DNA of 64,000 nucleotides, taken from the human T2T-CHM13v2.0 reference genome, Homo sapiens. The stretch lies in NCBI RefSeq assembly GCF_009914755.1, contig NC_060938.1; one strand, written 5' to 3'. This document shows, one piece after another, positions 1 through 13,356 of this stretch (position 1 is the stretch's first letter; each line of letters opens with the position of its first letter). A program made the position numbers and the translations under genes. A model generated the notes under the pieces. It did no database searches. It was given only the letters and a program-made list of their open reading frames with translations, and had not been told where the DNA came from.

Positions 1-1230
1 ATGTGGAACAAAGGATAATCACTGGTAAGAGGAGACAAACAAGGAATAGTCAAGAAAGGCAGAGGAGTCCAAGAAATTACCAGGTCTTGGAAACTGAGGG
101 AGATTTAACAGTCAAGTGTTGCAAAAAGACCATTGGGTTGGGTGCCTGGTAAGCCACTTAATGTTCAAAGGAATGATTTCTTTGGTGAGGAGGCAAGAGC
201 CATGGGCAGAATAAATGTGGACAGAGAAGGTTTTTTGAGGATGTAAGGAGAGCAACTGATAAGAGGAAATAACTTCAGGAAGAAGCGGGGACATAGAGAA
301 GGTTTTTTTCTGTTTTGTTTCATAAGAGAATAATGCTGCACGTGTTTTTAATAATGGAGAGAAAAGCAATAAAGAGCAGAGAACTTGGATACAGAGAGGG
401 GCTGATAAGAAACAAAATCCAAGAAGAACTGAGAAGCTTAGGATGGTTAATGTAAGTAAAGGAGTTAGGACCAGAGAGGGAAATGAAAGAACCATCTCTG
501 TAATTGGAAGGAGGGAGGAAAGGGTGAGGGAAGATACAGAGACATTTAGAAATGGAGGGAAGAGGAGGGAAAATTCATGTTCTGCAGCATCAGTTGATTA
601 GGGATCTAGGTCACCTGCAGAGAAGGGGCAGCTGGAGGCTTGAAGAGAGTGGGAAGATTTCCTATACTGGAGGAGCGATAGGGGAATCAGATGGAGGTGG
701 GTAAAAATCCAAGTATCAGTGAGAGGCTCATTTAGGGTGGAAAATGTACATTTATTATGGCATCAGTTCCTGAATTCCTAGGATATTACAATAGGCAGGC
801 AGACAGAGAGACAGACAGACAGAAACAATGGTGGAAATGAGTGAATTGGTGTTTCCCAGCAGTAGGGATTGAAAAGACAGGTTAAGTCTGGAGAAATGTC
901 AGAGTGTCACAGAGGGGACGCTCATGTTACTAGAGCATCATTGACCAAACCAGGTGGAGTGTGACTTGGGCTGAAAGTGTGCCGGTGGACTAGGTGCATG
1001 TGATAGGGTCCAGGGTTGGGACATGATGGATGTTGAGAATACTCTCAGTAGGAATGAGGGAGTTAAAAAATGTTAAAAACAGTCAGAGACACTTCACATT
1101 CACAGCTCTTAAAATTTGGACCTTGCCCATAATGCTGTGTTTCAAAGTGCAATTATAATTCTGAATGTCTGAAGAGTATGGTAGCTTGAGGAAAGAAAGA
1201 AAGAAAGTGATCTTGAAGTGTTGTCTTGTG
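1..1230 (-). mobile_element. Highly diverged L2-like LINE remnant(s), approximate
   Basis: Purine-rich tract with phrases resembling antisense L2 (e.g. 'aaagaccattgggttgggtgcc...'); boundaries uncertain. Confidence 0.3.
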
Positions 1231-1235
1231 GATGG

Positions 1236-1645
1236 TATGAAGGTCAGTTTTATGTGTCAGCTTCGCTTGGCTATAGCCCCAGTTAACCACTAATATAGGT
1301 GTTGTCATGAAGGTATTTTGTAGCTGTGATTAAAGTCCATAATCATTTGACATGAAGTAAGGGAGAGTGTCCTCGATAATCTAATGGGCCTGGTTCAATC
1401 AGTTGAAAGGCCTGGGAAGCAGAGCTGAGGTTTCCTGGAAGAGGAAGACGTTTCTACCTGTGGACTGAAGCTTCAGTCAGTGCCTGAGAATTCCAGCCTG
1501 CCCTTCCTGATGGCCTGCTGTATAGATTTTGGACCTGCCTAGCCAGCCCCACTGTCACATAAGCAGTCCTTTCCAATAAATCTCCTAGTCCTTTCCAATA
1601 TTATCTCCTAGTGTTTCTGTTTCTCTGATTGAATCCTGACTGATG
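1236..1645 (+). mobile_element. MLT2D-like solo LTR (ERVL)
   Basis: 'ttttatgtgtcagctt...ggtgttgtcatgaaggtattttgtag...tcctcgataatct...caatcagttgaaaggcct...ctgtttctctgattgaatcctgactgat' follows the recalled MLT2D consensus; AATAAA at ~1575. Confidence 0.75.
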
Positions 1646-2754
1646 GAGAAGGGATGGGATAGGGAGAAAGTCTGTAAGCTTCTACCCTCTCCTGCTCATA
1701 TCGTAATTGTGGCACTTAAAAAAAAACAGGTGAAAAGATGGATGTAATTCAGGTTTGAGATGGAAAGAATAGAAGATAGATGAATGGATGGATGGGGAAG
1801 TGAAAGAGTGAGTAAGTGTGTGAGTAGATGGTTCCATACACTAGGAATAAATTCTCTCTAAAATAGGAAGAAAAAACTGTTATCTACAAGTCTTTTGTGG
1901 GTGAGATAAATGCTAAAGAGTACTTCTGAAACCTAAAGTTATTGGTAAATATAAAATATGTGTTTACTATTTTAAGCATCAACTTAAAATATGAAACTAT
2001 GAGAAACATTTTCAGTTGGTGTTGCCTAGAGCTGTTCTGTGCACTCAGCTTTCCAACATTAAGCAAGATGTGAGGACATGCTCTGGTGGAAATGTTGGCC
2101 TCTTGTTTAGTAGATATAAGAATGGTGGACTTGGTTCAGGACTTGAGTTGAACAGGAATCCTTTCCACTTTTCTCTCTCATGCCTTTTGCTCTTCCCTGG
2201 AGGTGGAGGAGAGAAGTGGAGTAGAACTCAGTTTTGCTTAGCAAATGTTTCCAGAGTGGCTCTTGTGAGCAGGTGAGCCTGATAGGCAATAGAAGGACCT
2301 CAAATACCACACAGAAAAGGTGGAAATTGTTCCTTGCTATTCCATCAACCAAACCTTGACTTAATTCATTTCATTAGGAAAGTTCAAGAAGGTTTTAAAT
2401 TTCAGACTCAAAAGTCTGCACCATCTCTGTAGAAACAGTGAAGTATTGCCTCCATCAGAGAGCCCCTCTGATAGTTTATAGGTGTGTCAGATCAGATGAA
2501 GCAAATACATATGAGAGAAGATCCCACACTGTGTGTTGACTCCCTGCCCCAGGGTCTCATACCACCATGGGGCCGTCTCTGTAAGGATGTGGGAGAATTT
2601 TCCTACACAAAGATAAGCAGAAGCCCTGCTTCTGTCTGATACCTGCCCACTGCTGGTGCTATGATTTGTCTGGACCACAGGATGACATGGCACAAGTTTC
2701 TGTGAACAAGCTAAGGAAACCCGTTGGAGAGAAAGTATCCTAAAGGAAGAAGGA

Positions 2755-3055
2755 GGCTGGGCCCAGTGGCTCATGCCTGTAATCCCAGCACTTTGGGACA
2801 GCAAGGTGGGCAGACTGCTTGAGCCCAGTAGTTTGAGACCAGCCTGGGCAACCTGGTGAAACCTTGTCTCTACAAAAAATAAGAAAATTAGCTGAGTGTG
2901 ATGGTGCGTGCCTGTAATCCCAGCTACTTAGGAGGCTGAAGCAGGAGGATCACTTGAGCCTTGGGAGGCGGAGGTTGCAGTGAGCCGAGATCATGCCATT
3001 GCACTCCAGTCTGGATGACAGAGTGAGACTCTGTCTCAAAAAAACAAAAACAAAC
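2755..3055 (+). mobile_element. Alu, full-length dimer, AluJ-like
   Basis: GGCTGGGC start, both arms, A-rich linker and tail; J-type 'cttgagccca' and 'gggcaac'; short flanking repeat 'agaagga'. Confidence 0.95.
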
Positions 3056-6000
3056 AGAGAAGGAGCTGGATATGTTGAACTGGCTGAGTCACAGCTTTAA
3101 TCATCAGAGGAGTGCAGTGACACTAAGGACAGTGTATGGTCCATTGCTGGATTTGGATACTCTGTGGAACCTAAGCAGAGAGAGAATTAGTGGTAGGACC
3201 TGCAAGAGCTGTCCTGCTGAAAACTATAAATATCAGAAAGCATGGCTTTAGCAAGAATTACTGAAATGGGAGGGGAGAATTCAACTTCCATTTGCCATAA
3301 ACCAAGCAGCTATAGCATCGTGGAAAGCCAGGGTGCTGGTGGTGATACGGCAGGGTCCCAGCTCTGGGCGAAGCATGTACTGTGCCCCGCAGGAGGGAGC
3401 TTGTTCATCAGCATACAGTAGACATGCCCTGGGACTCCGAGAAGTGCTGAGGACCTCACACATGAGACACTGCTGTTACTGTGACCCCAGCTCTACCCAT
3501 AGGTGGATCTAAAGAAGGTAGGGTCACAGGAGGACTCAGAGGACTTGCTGCTTCCATCTGGTGATGAATTCTTCTGCCAAATAAAGCCTAGAGTACCATG
3601 AAGGGTCAGAAGTATTACATTGTTCATTACAATTATTTTGCTCAAACAATTTGTTAATTCTGTTATCCTATTTGTTTGTAGGTGTAGTTCAATTAAGTGC
3701 CAGCCTGCCTTGTATATAATTCTTGGTGTACGCTTGTGTTTTTGATCAAGAAAATTGAGCTATAGTCACTTTCACTTTCTTCTGTTGCTGGGCTGACTAT
3801 ATTCTGGAGACCTGAAATGTCCCTCCAAGGGACATTTAATGAAGGTCTCATTGCCTACTGACCTATGGGCATCAGGGAACTGGGCTGAGTTACAGTTAAG
3901 GATGGTGTATGGCTCTGTCTGCTCTTAACAGCCATTGACCAAATTGTACAGCCCCTTTATTAGAAGTTCTTGAAACCCTATGTGCACAGCAAGTTTTTCC
4001 CTCTCTCTGGTGGACCCTAAACTTCTTTATTTTTAACAGTGAATGCGACTGTGTGCCTCTTGGGGGACTTCTCCTGATGCACAGCCAAAATGTAATGTTT
4101 TGTTCACTCCTTCCTCTGAGAAGAGGACTGGATCAGCCTATGAATACTAGAAAACATGCATTTGATTTCTGCTTTCAATCATTTTTTGAGATTTATTGTT
4201 CCTGGTTGTGTACCATTAGACAGAAGTGATGGGATCAATAAAACTTGGAATTGTCTAACAAGAAAGGGCCAGTTTCTTGCTTATTATATTTGTAATAACA
4301 GAGTCCATTGGGTAGCACTCCGGTCTGTGAAAGTCAGTGAATCAATAATGCTCTTGTGGTCTGGATAATAATATACCTTGGCATGGTGTGAGTGATGCCA
4401 GCAGGTGGGCGGAGAGGCAGGGAAGGAAAGGTCTCATGCCTTTCAGGTTGACACTAAGAAAGAGGCTTCCATTCCTTTCCCTGTTCTACCACATTCTCCT
4501 AATGTGTATAAGAAATTATTCAAAGACAGCAACAGATTTCCCTCCTGACCTTTATAGTTGCTGGTTTGGAATGATTTTTGGCTGCTTGCTGGAAAAAAAA
4601 ATTATTGCAGAGATGAATTGTCAGGACATCCGCTCCCCTTCCCATCAGCTTTATAAACATTTTGTACTGGAGGCAGTGTGTGTGTGCAGAAGAAACGCTA
4701 TGGAAAGTGCTGTAGAAACAAGTGTGGTTTGTTGGCTACCAAATCTCAAGGCTATGCTCACTGGTCAGAATGGTTGGTGTCCAGACCCCCAGCCCCTCAG
4801 ATTCTGAGATGTCTGTGTACCAGGGTAGCACCAGGGATGGGTTTTCTCTGAGACTGTCTTTTCATGATACAGTGTAAAATGTTTCCCATGAAAGGGCAGA
4901 GCTGAAGAAGCAGTGCAAGTCCATTTGAAGACCTCTGGAAGGAAACCCCCAGCGGCTCTTTTTTCACTGAACAAGCATTGTGGGAATTTGGGGCTCGGCT
5001 GTGTAATTTGTCCTCTTCTCATTCATTCAGGTACTAGGAGAGCAGGGCAGTATGGAAAGGTGCTACTTCAAGGGAAAGGCTTTGAGGTTATTGCAAATGG
5101 TGGGGGACTGGGGTGGAGTGGGCTACAGGTACAGTGACCAGAAGATGCTGAATTCCAAACTGTTTCCTAAAGCCTTTCTTCTGGACTCGACAGTTTTCAA
5201 ATCTAAAGAACATATTGTGTTGTTTGCAAAGGAAATATTGTAATGGCTTCTTAGTTCATCCAGGAAAAGAGTCTGTCACTAATGGGCATTTTGTAAAATG
5301 AAATCCTTCTAGGGAGAAGGATAACTGGTCAGATTTGAAGGTTAAAAAAAAAGGTCTTGACACTGATCTCGGTTTGCAGAGAAACAAGAAATTCTGTCTG
5401 ACTTCTTTTCAGTGGGAGCTAAAATTTTAACCACCCCGATTGCACTCACTTATATGAAAACGTTAATGTTAAACAAATAGGCAGGGATTTCTTTTATTAT
5501 TATTTATAGAGGAGAATTTTGCCATCAGGAAACATGTTGGCTAATCTGCTTTGGCCAAATTCTCCTTAGAGACAGTGATTAATAGAAGGAATGAGTGGAA
5601 GATTAGTATACGCACAAGGCTATTCAGGAGTGGGGGTAAAATGTTAATGCGGTGACCTTTAAATCTTCATTTTTCTTTATTTCCCTGAATGCTAATTAAA
5701 GGACATGTTCAGCACCAGGAGGAATTTGCATCCAAGTCCGTCTCCCTGCTAAGTGGTATTTTGAGAATTCCGAAGCTTAGTCTCAGAGAAGAGCTGACCT
5801 GAACTTGCCGAGGCTCCCACTGCATTGTAGCTTTTCTCTGGAGAACAAAAACTGCCATTGTCCAGCAGCTCATTAGCATGACTGTACAGCCTCCGGAGTT
5901 AGCAAGGTAATTAGTTTTAGAGGTAAGTGGAGATGGGGGGAAGTTCGAAGCGCAGCATGTTTATCGAATGCTGTCCCCTGGACAACAGAGCCACTGCCTG

Positions 6001-6384
6001 CTTGTTAAAGAGACCTGAATTATTGCCTGCCCAGAGCTCCCAGACCCTTGAAAGAAGCAATGTGGTAATTGGGGCCTTCCTTGAAGCAAAGGGCAAAGGT
6101 AAATTTGTAATTTAGGCAATAACCTTTAGAGTGATGCCAAGGGATGCTGTCCAGAAAACATTGCCTTCATGCAGGGAGGGCAATAGACTGAAGTGCATGC
6201 TGAGTTTGGGTTGGGAATTCCTATTATCTGGGAGGAAGAAGAAACAGCTCAGATTGAATTAAAAGGAATTAGAGTTGTTAGGGAGGAAAAACTTTTGGGA
6301 CTAATTTTTATAAGGGGAGCTTTGTATCAGGCATATCCTTTTCATAATGAAACTACAAGGCAGTAACATTTAAGCAAAAGTTGG

Positions 6385-6520
6385 ATAGACATTTAAGCCT
6401 GTGTCTTCAGCTGTACTCTTCTGTAAAATGGGCATATTCTACTACCTACCTGCCAAGGTTATTCGGAGGTTTAAAGAAATTAATGTTAAAAAGTACATAG
6501 TAAAATACACATAAGTGTTT
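6385..6520 (+). mobile_element. MIR fragment
   Basis: MIR core 'ctgtaaaatggg...ctacctacctgccaaggttatt...'. Confidence 0.6.
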
Positions 6521-7007
6521 TTTATTATTATCATCATTGTTACTTATCCGTAAGCAATGTACTAGACTATGTACTAGACTATGGGGTCTAGTACATTGGG
6601 TTTGGGTAGGAGATTGAACTAAATGACCTCAAGACCCCCCTTAGCTCTTGGGTCCTATGACCCAGTAGATTAGTGGTAGAAGTATTTTGTGCCACAGATC
6701 CCTTGGGAGAGTTTTTATTTAAGGCGCACCTATTTTTTTGAGTCCCAACAGATATCTATGGAATAGTGGTTACGTCTCTACTTTTCTTGACCCACTTACA
6801 GAAATAGGTATTTATTTATTATTTATTTATGCCCTGCTTTGTTCCTAAAATATTTTAGGCAACACATTTAAAGTAACTTTGAATACGCTTTGGAACATGT
6901 ACTGAATTAAACTCTTTAGTCTTGCCTCTTGTTGAAGCATAGATTTAAAAAAAGGATTTAAAGCCATCACTAACTATATTGGTAGACTGTGGTGACTAAA
7001 GCTACTA

Positions 7008-7345
7008 TTCTTCTTTTTTTCTTTCCCTTCCTTTCTTTCCTTCTTTCTTTCTTTTTTTTTTTTTTTTGACAAGATCTCACTCCTGTCACCCAGGTTGGAG
7101 TGCAATGGCACTATCACAGCTCACTGCAGCCTTGACCTCCCTAGGCCCAGGTAATTCTTCCATCTCAGCCTCTTGAGTAGCTGGGACTACAGGTGTGTAC
7201 CACGACGTCTGGCTAATTTTAAAATTTTTTTTATAGAGACAGGTTTTGCCATGTTGCTCAGGCTGGTCTTGAACTCCTGGGCTCAAGCAATCACCCACCT
7301 CAGACTCCCAAAGCACTGGGATTACAGGTGTGAGCCACTATCTCC
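7008..7345 (-). mobile_element. Alu, AluJo-like, with expanded (CTTT)n/poly-T tail
   Basis: Reverse-complement Alu dimer ('acagctcactgcagccttgacctcc', 'gggctcaagcaatc'). Confidence 0.93.
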
Positions 7346-7789
7346 AAAAGCTATTTCTAGTACTGAAGACCTACTCCCTCGATAAGCCAGTCCTCTTCTC
7401 TGCTGACTGCCCCCTCTGTATGTCCCATTCATCCACTTCACGGAGTCATCAGGAAATCCCACCAGCACTAGCAGCACTAGAGACTGGCCCAGAAAGGGGA
7501 TCGCAGGGTAAGAGCTTTGTGGTGGCTCTCTCCTACTCAGGTATAGAAGGAGAGAAGGAAGCAATAACTTAAAACCACCTCATTTTACCAAGCAGAGTCA
7601 TTGGCCAGTATCTCTGCCAACTCCTATCAGAGATGATGCTGTAGATTCCTTATAGACCCTACTTTGATTTATGTTTTATTCTGGTCCCTTCCTGATGCCT
7701 GAACTGGTTTTTTTTTTTTTTTTTTTTCTGGAAAAGGTTATAAAATTAAAGGAAAAATTCCATTCAAAATAGCATAAAAATAGTAATAA

Positions 7790-9612
7790 TAAATTTAACA
7801 AAAGAATCCAAAGCCTCCACAACATTACATTTACAATGTGCAGAATCCAAGCTAAAATCATTTGACATACAAAGTGTGACCCAGCCTCACAAAAAAGACA
7901 ATCAATGGAAACCTATCCCAAGATAACCTAGATTGGAATTCTCAAACAAGGAAATATCATAGCTATCCCCAATGAGATAATGGAATACGTACTTGTAATA
8001 AATGGGATTTAAAAATCATAGCAAAGAAATAGAAAATATTTTTTAAAAGTCAAATGAAAATTCTAGAATGGAAGATTACAATATCTAAAACAAGCGAAAA
8101 TTATTAGATAGCCTGGATAGCAGAATAGAGATGATAGAAACGTGTCAATAAACTTGATGACAGAAAAAGAGAGAGAAAAGATTGAAAACATAAACAGAGC
8201 TTCAAGGATGTGGGGATAATGGCAAAAAAATCCAACAGATATGTAATTGGAGTTCCAGGAGAAAAAGAGAGAGAAAAATGGGACAGTAGGAATGTTTGAA
8301 GAAATTCAAACATTTCTTCAGTTGCCAAAAATTTCTCAAAATTGGTGAAAGATGTAAATTTACAAATTCAAGAAACTCAATGATCCCCAAACAGGACATA
8401 GATGAAGAAAATCATGCTTAAACACCTCTTAGTCAAACGGTTGAAATAAATCCAAATATAAACAGAAAATATTGAAAGCAGCCAGGGAAAACTGATACAT
8501 TACCTAAAGGGGAAGAATGATTTAAATGACAGGAAGGTGTCTCCTTAGAAAGTCCAGAGGTCAAAAGACAGCAAAACAACGTGTTTTGCATACTTAGAAA
8601 AATAAAACCTATCAATTCTGAAGTTTACATTCAGCAAAAATATTCAAAATGAATATAAACTAAATATATTTTTGGATAAGGAAAAGTAAGAGAACTTATC
8701 AGGAGTTCTGCACTACAAAAAATGTTAAATAAATCTCTCCAAGATAAATGAAAATGATACTGGAGAGAAACTTGAATCTTAAGGAAGGAATAAAGATTAC
8801 TTAAGATAATGGAACAATAGGTAAATATAAAAGACGATTTTTCCCTCTTTGTTTCTTTAAAATAAAGAGAATTATTTAAGAAAAAATAATGTTTCATGTA
8901 GGGCTATAATATATGAGGAAGAAATTCATATGACAACATGAGAATAAAGAAATAAAATATAGGATAAAAGAAAAGGGATTGGAGCCTATTTTATGTAAAA
9001 TGGTACAATAATAACTTTAAGTAGTCCACAAAGTTAAGGATATATCTTGTAATCACTGCAGCAAATATTAACAGTAATTAATACTGTAATGCAAAGAGTA
9101 TAAAAGTAATGCAAGGAGGTATAGCTAAAGTGCCAATAAAGTAATTAAAAGAAAAAATCTAAAACATGTTAAAATCCAAAGAAGTCAGGAAAGAGAGAAC
9201 AGAAGAACAAAAAACAATCAGGCAAACAGGAAATAGATAATAAAATCGTAAATCTAAATCTAAACATATGAATAAATGTGTTCAATATTAGTGAGTTAAA
9301 CACTTCACTTCAGAGGCAGAGGTTGTCAACATGGATTTTACAAAGCACTACCCAACTATATGCTGTCTATAAGAGTTGCACTTTAAAAATAAAAACAATG
9401 TAGGTTGAAGGTAAATGGCTAGAAAGTGGATATACCACACAAATTGAAAATATAAGAGACTGGAGTAGCTATATTAATATCAGAAAAAATAGATATAAAA
9501 GAACATTTCTAAATGATAAAAGTTTGTTCATCAGGAATACATAATAAACATAAATGTGTACATGCTGAATAACAGAGCTTCCAGATACATGAGGTAAAAA
9601 TGGACAGAATCA
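7790..9612 (+). mobile_element. Ancient L1M fragment (degraded ORF1, inter-ORF region and start of ORF2 endonuclease)
   Basis: A-rich; ORF1-like 'gtaattggagttccaggagaa', 'caaattcaagaaactcaatga'; EN-like 'cccaactatatgctgtctataagag' and 'ggagtagctatattaatatcaga'. No open frame. Confidence 0.75.
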
Positions 9613-10019
9613 ACTGGATACATGTCACTATTATGGCACCATGTAATTATGGGTTTAGGCCCCATGATTCCAATTTAGGTTAGAAAGCATTTCTTAATGA
9701 TTTCTATATGTTGGCTTTAGGTGATGCAAAAATAATATGACAAGATCCATGTCTTCAATGAGCTACAATCCTACTGGGACATGAGACTGTGCTTATAATA
9801 TGATGAAAGAATAAGAAAATTTTAAAGGTGAGAAAAGAAGATTTTGTCTTCCTTTCATTCCCTTAGTATTGATAGGTGGGACTAAATAGCCACTTTTCAT
9901 GACAATAACAGCTATAACAGGCAGAGCACAAGAACAAGCAGAGCTATAACAAGCAGAGCACAAGAAGGAAGAGTGCAGATCCAGGACTGGGACACTTAAC
10001 CAATAATAATACAAATAGT

Positions 10020-10975
10020 GAGTACTGTTAGTTGATTTTCCAGGCTCCTCTTCTCACTTGTAATGGAATTACAAATTATTTTGTTGGTCATTGACACTAA
10101 CCCCAGATTCAGAAGGAGATTTGATTAGAGTAGTGTGAGTATAATCTCATTGCTACTTCCATAGCAATTGGTTTGGGGTGAATACTGTTGGGTGACAGCA
10201 GAGGGAGATTATTTCATTTCCTGTGATCTGTGTTCAAGGAATTATGGTGTTTTAATTGCTGCTAGTAGCACTTTACTTTAGGATGAAACCTGGTACATAC
10301 ATGTAAAGCACTTTAAACAGTTCCTGGTGCAAAGTAAATGCTTAACATGTGTTCTTTATTGCTATGGTTTGAATGTATGTGCCCCTCCAAAATTCATTTG
10401 TTGGAACTTAAACCCCAAGGTGATGGTATTAAGAGATGGAGCCTTTGGAAGGTGACTGAGCCATAAGCGCTCTGCCCTCATTGATGGGATTAGTGCCCTC
10501 ATAAAAGAGCTTGAGGAGCTAGTTCTCCCTTTTTGTCCTTTTGCCCTTCCTCTCTTTCTACCAGATGAAAACACAGCAGCAACAGGTGCCATTTTGGAAG
10601 CAAGAAGCAGAGAACAAGCTCTCACTGGGCATTAAATCTGCCGGCATCTTGATCTTGAACTTCTCAACCTCCAGAACTCTGAGAAATAAATTTCTATTAT
10701 TTACAAATTACCCAGTCTAAGGTGTTTTGTTATAGCAGCTCAAACAAATTAAGATATCTGTTTATTGCTTTTGGTATGTGTTTGTGTTTTAATTTTCTTG
10801 GAAGGTAGAGCAGAGAGACAAAAATCACCAAATTTTGGTGACATGGTTGAAGCTCTGGGTCAAACCAATCTTTGAGTCCAGCCTCTGAACCTCGCATTAA
10901 AGTCCTTTATAGTTTAGATTGGTTAGGATTAGGTCTCTTGATGTTTGTTTTCACCTTGAGGGTTCCTAACTGCTA
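10020..10975 (+). mobile_element. Old MaLR LTR (MLT1J/K-like), interrupted by MIR/L2 piece and MSTD
   Basis: 3' part 10810-10975 ends in an MLT1-like terminus '...ttcctaactgcta'; 5' part 10020-10290 only weakly recognisable. Confidence 0.4.
10360..10756 (+). mobile_element. MSTD-like solo LTR (ERVL-MaLR)
   Basis: Starts TGCTATGGTTTGAATGT, ends 'ttgttatagcagctcaaacaaattaagata'; AATAAA in 'gagaaataaatttct'. Confidence 0.85.
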
Positions 10976-11149
10976 CGGGGAGTCAGTGTGATTTAACTCT
11001 AAGTGAAGAAGAACAGTTTAGAGGGATGATCCTGCACATCTGCATGGTGATTGAATTTATGTCTCCTATAATTGTATATACAAAATGAAAGTTTGGACTC
11101 TACAGGACAGGAGACTTTCCCCAACTTCTACCCTCCTTTATCTTTTGCT

Positions 11150-11595
11150 GATTAGTATTGCAACAGGCACCTAACCAAACTCTCTGGCTCTGGGCCTGTG
11201 CTGTGTCTTCTAATCTTCACACAGCTGCCAGCATTATCTTTAAAAGACAGATCTTATTATTTTACACACAAAACAGACACACATCTCCATGCAGCATCTG
11301 CTTAAAGTGTTTCTGTGGTTCCTGATTGCTGACTGGATTTCACTCAACTTTTTAGCATGGCCCACATGGAGCTACCTCTGCCCCACCTTTTCAGTTTCAA
11401 CTCTTAGGACCCTCTCCTACAAACATTGGGGTTCACTGTACCCTGAACATGTGATAGTCTTGCGTGTCTCCAAGCCTTTGCATCTGCTATTCCCCATGCA
11501 TGCAAGGTCTTGCTCTTACTTTCTGTACAGGAGAACTCCTCTTCACCTTTGAAAACCCTCAACTCAAATACCAATTGGTTAAGACATATTTCTTG
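11150..11595 (+). mobile_element. L2 fragment (resumes ~12200-12350 after the LTR41-like insertion)
   Basis: L2 motifs 'cacacagctgccagcattatcttt', 'ctgcttaaagtgtttctgtggttcc'; 3'-end-like 'catgtagtaggtacttactcaatatt' at ~12320. Confidence 0.6.
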
Positions 11596-11599
11596 ATGT

Positions 11600-12195
11600 C
11601 CCCTGACAGAACCACTAGGATGTGTATGACTTATTATAGGAATTTGACATTTCACAACTGTGGGCGCTAGTTAGTTGGTAAACAGCCTTTGGGAGGTTGT
11701 TGTGTTTATCTTGAAGGCAGGAAGTTGAAAAGGGAAAATGGAAAAGAAGAACAAATTGGGACCTGAATGGTGCCTATGAGGATGAACTGGAACCCGTGTT
11801 GGTCTGGAACCTTGGTTGGAAATCCAAGCTTTCAACTTTAATGATGCGGATGTTCTGCAAGAGAAGCTGGTGCACTTTTTCATGCTTGATATGCACCTGG
11901 CCCAGGAGTCAGAGAAGCTGAAAAACGATCCAGCAGGAGCTGGAGTCTGTGTGGGCCTTGTTGTTGCACCACCGTCCGCCTCCAGGCAAGACAACTGGTA
12001 AGCAGCTGCGTATGTGGGATTCCCAGAGCACCCCTGCCCCTACTCCAACCCTCCAGTGTAAAAGAAATGTGGCGATTTCACTTCTGCTTTCAAGTTGCCT
12101 GTAAAACAGCTCTTGTGACCTGTGGCAACCTAGAACTGTGAAGGGAAGGGGATTCTGAGAAACACAGATCCAGCTTAGCTGATCGACCCAGTACG
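11600..12195 (-). mobile_element. LTR41/LTR41B-like ERVL LTR containing an APOA4-like segment
   Basis: Minus-strand 5' end 'gctaagctggatctgtgtttctcagaatccccttccc...gtcacaagag...gaaagcagaagtgaa' matches the recalled LTR33/LTR41 5' end; 11846-12050 resembles APOA4 coding sequence. Confidence 0.65.
11846..12050 (+). pseudogene. Decayed apolipoprotein A-IV-like coding fragment inside the LTR (not a gene)
   Basis: Translation ADVLQEKLVHF...HLAQESEKLK versus APOA4 [11 protein letters not shown]...[10 protein letters not shown] (recalled); nucleotide similarity continues out of frame ('aggagctggag...gggccttgttgttgcacca'). Confidence 0.7.
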
Positions 12196-13104
12196 ATCCC
12201 CCATATCTTCCTTTTGTAAGAGAAATAGTTCTTTGCAGGCATGTTTCCACTATTTGGGTGTAAGTTCTTTTGATCAGAGAACTGGTCTCACTTATATTTG
12301 CATCTGAAGCACTTACCATGTAGTAGGTACTTACTCAATATTCAGTGAAACAACGGATTTTAAAAACCCATGTTCATACAAATAGCAACTTAACACTGAG
12401 TATCGTGCATGTTTCATTAATATCATTTCTTATATACACTTTGTAATGGTTGAAAAGCTAGTGTTTGGCACATGTTTGTACAACCAGCTGAACTGCATTC
12501 TGGAAAACAGATTTCCTACCATAAATGCTGGGACTGAATTTCAGGGGAGAATAAATCTATTTCATTGGTGAATTTTGGTGGGATACGACCTCTAAGGTTG
12601 ACAGAATAAAGCCTTTTTTTTGGGAATGTATTGCAAAGCTTTCCAAAGAGGAGGCAAAGGTTAATTATTTTAAGCATTTAGAACTTGGCAACAAGTAGGG
12701 TGGAACAAACATACTGACTAGACATATGCTATAGAATATTCTGTAAAGATCTCTGTCTACAGTGGTTTAACAGAAAGCTGAACATATGGCAGGCTTTGTT
12801 TGTTTTTTTTCCTCTGGAATCGTCTGTCAGGACATGAGCTACCGCCTCATTATACTCACATTCCACTCCACATTTTCCATTTTTGATCTGATTTCTCAAA
12901 GCCTTCAACCACTCACTTTAAAGACATTAAAAAGATTAATTTTATCTCACCTGCAAAAGAGTTGTGGATGTTTTTGGGAGATGCTTTTAAAGAGCAAGGA
13001 ATATGGACTTCATATCTTGGCTCTCAGACTCTGCATTATACCAAGCAAACGTGTTTTCTTAGAAAGGTGATGATTTATCATCCTACTAAAGAGAGAGAGG
13101 CTAG

Positions 13105-13356
<252 letters not shown>

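Noticed and set aside
2100-2280. AG...CAG|GTGAGC-bounded open segment as an exon
   Set aside because: The peptide is unrecognisable and such splice-like pairs are common by chance; it needs RNA evidence.
9905-9970. Short local duplications (here; also ~1565-1612, 34120-34161, 45438-45461)
   Set aside because: Ordinary two-copy slippage duplications, not an array.
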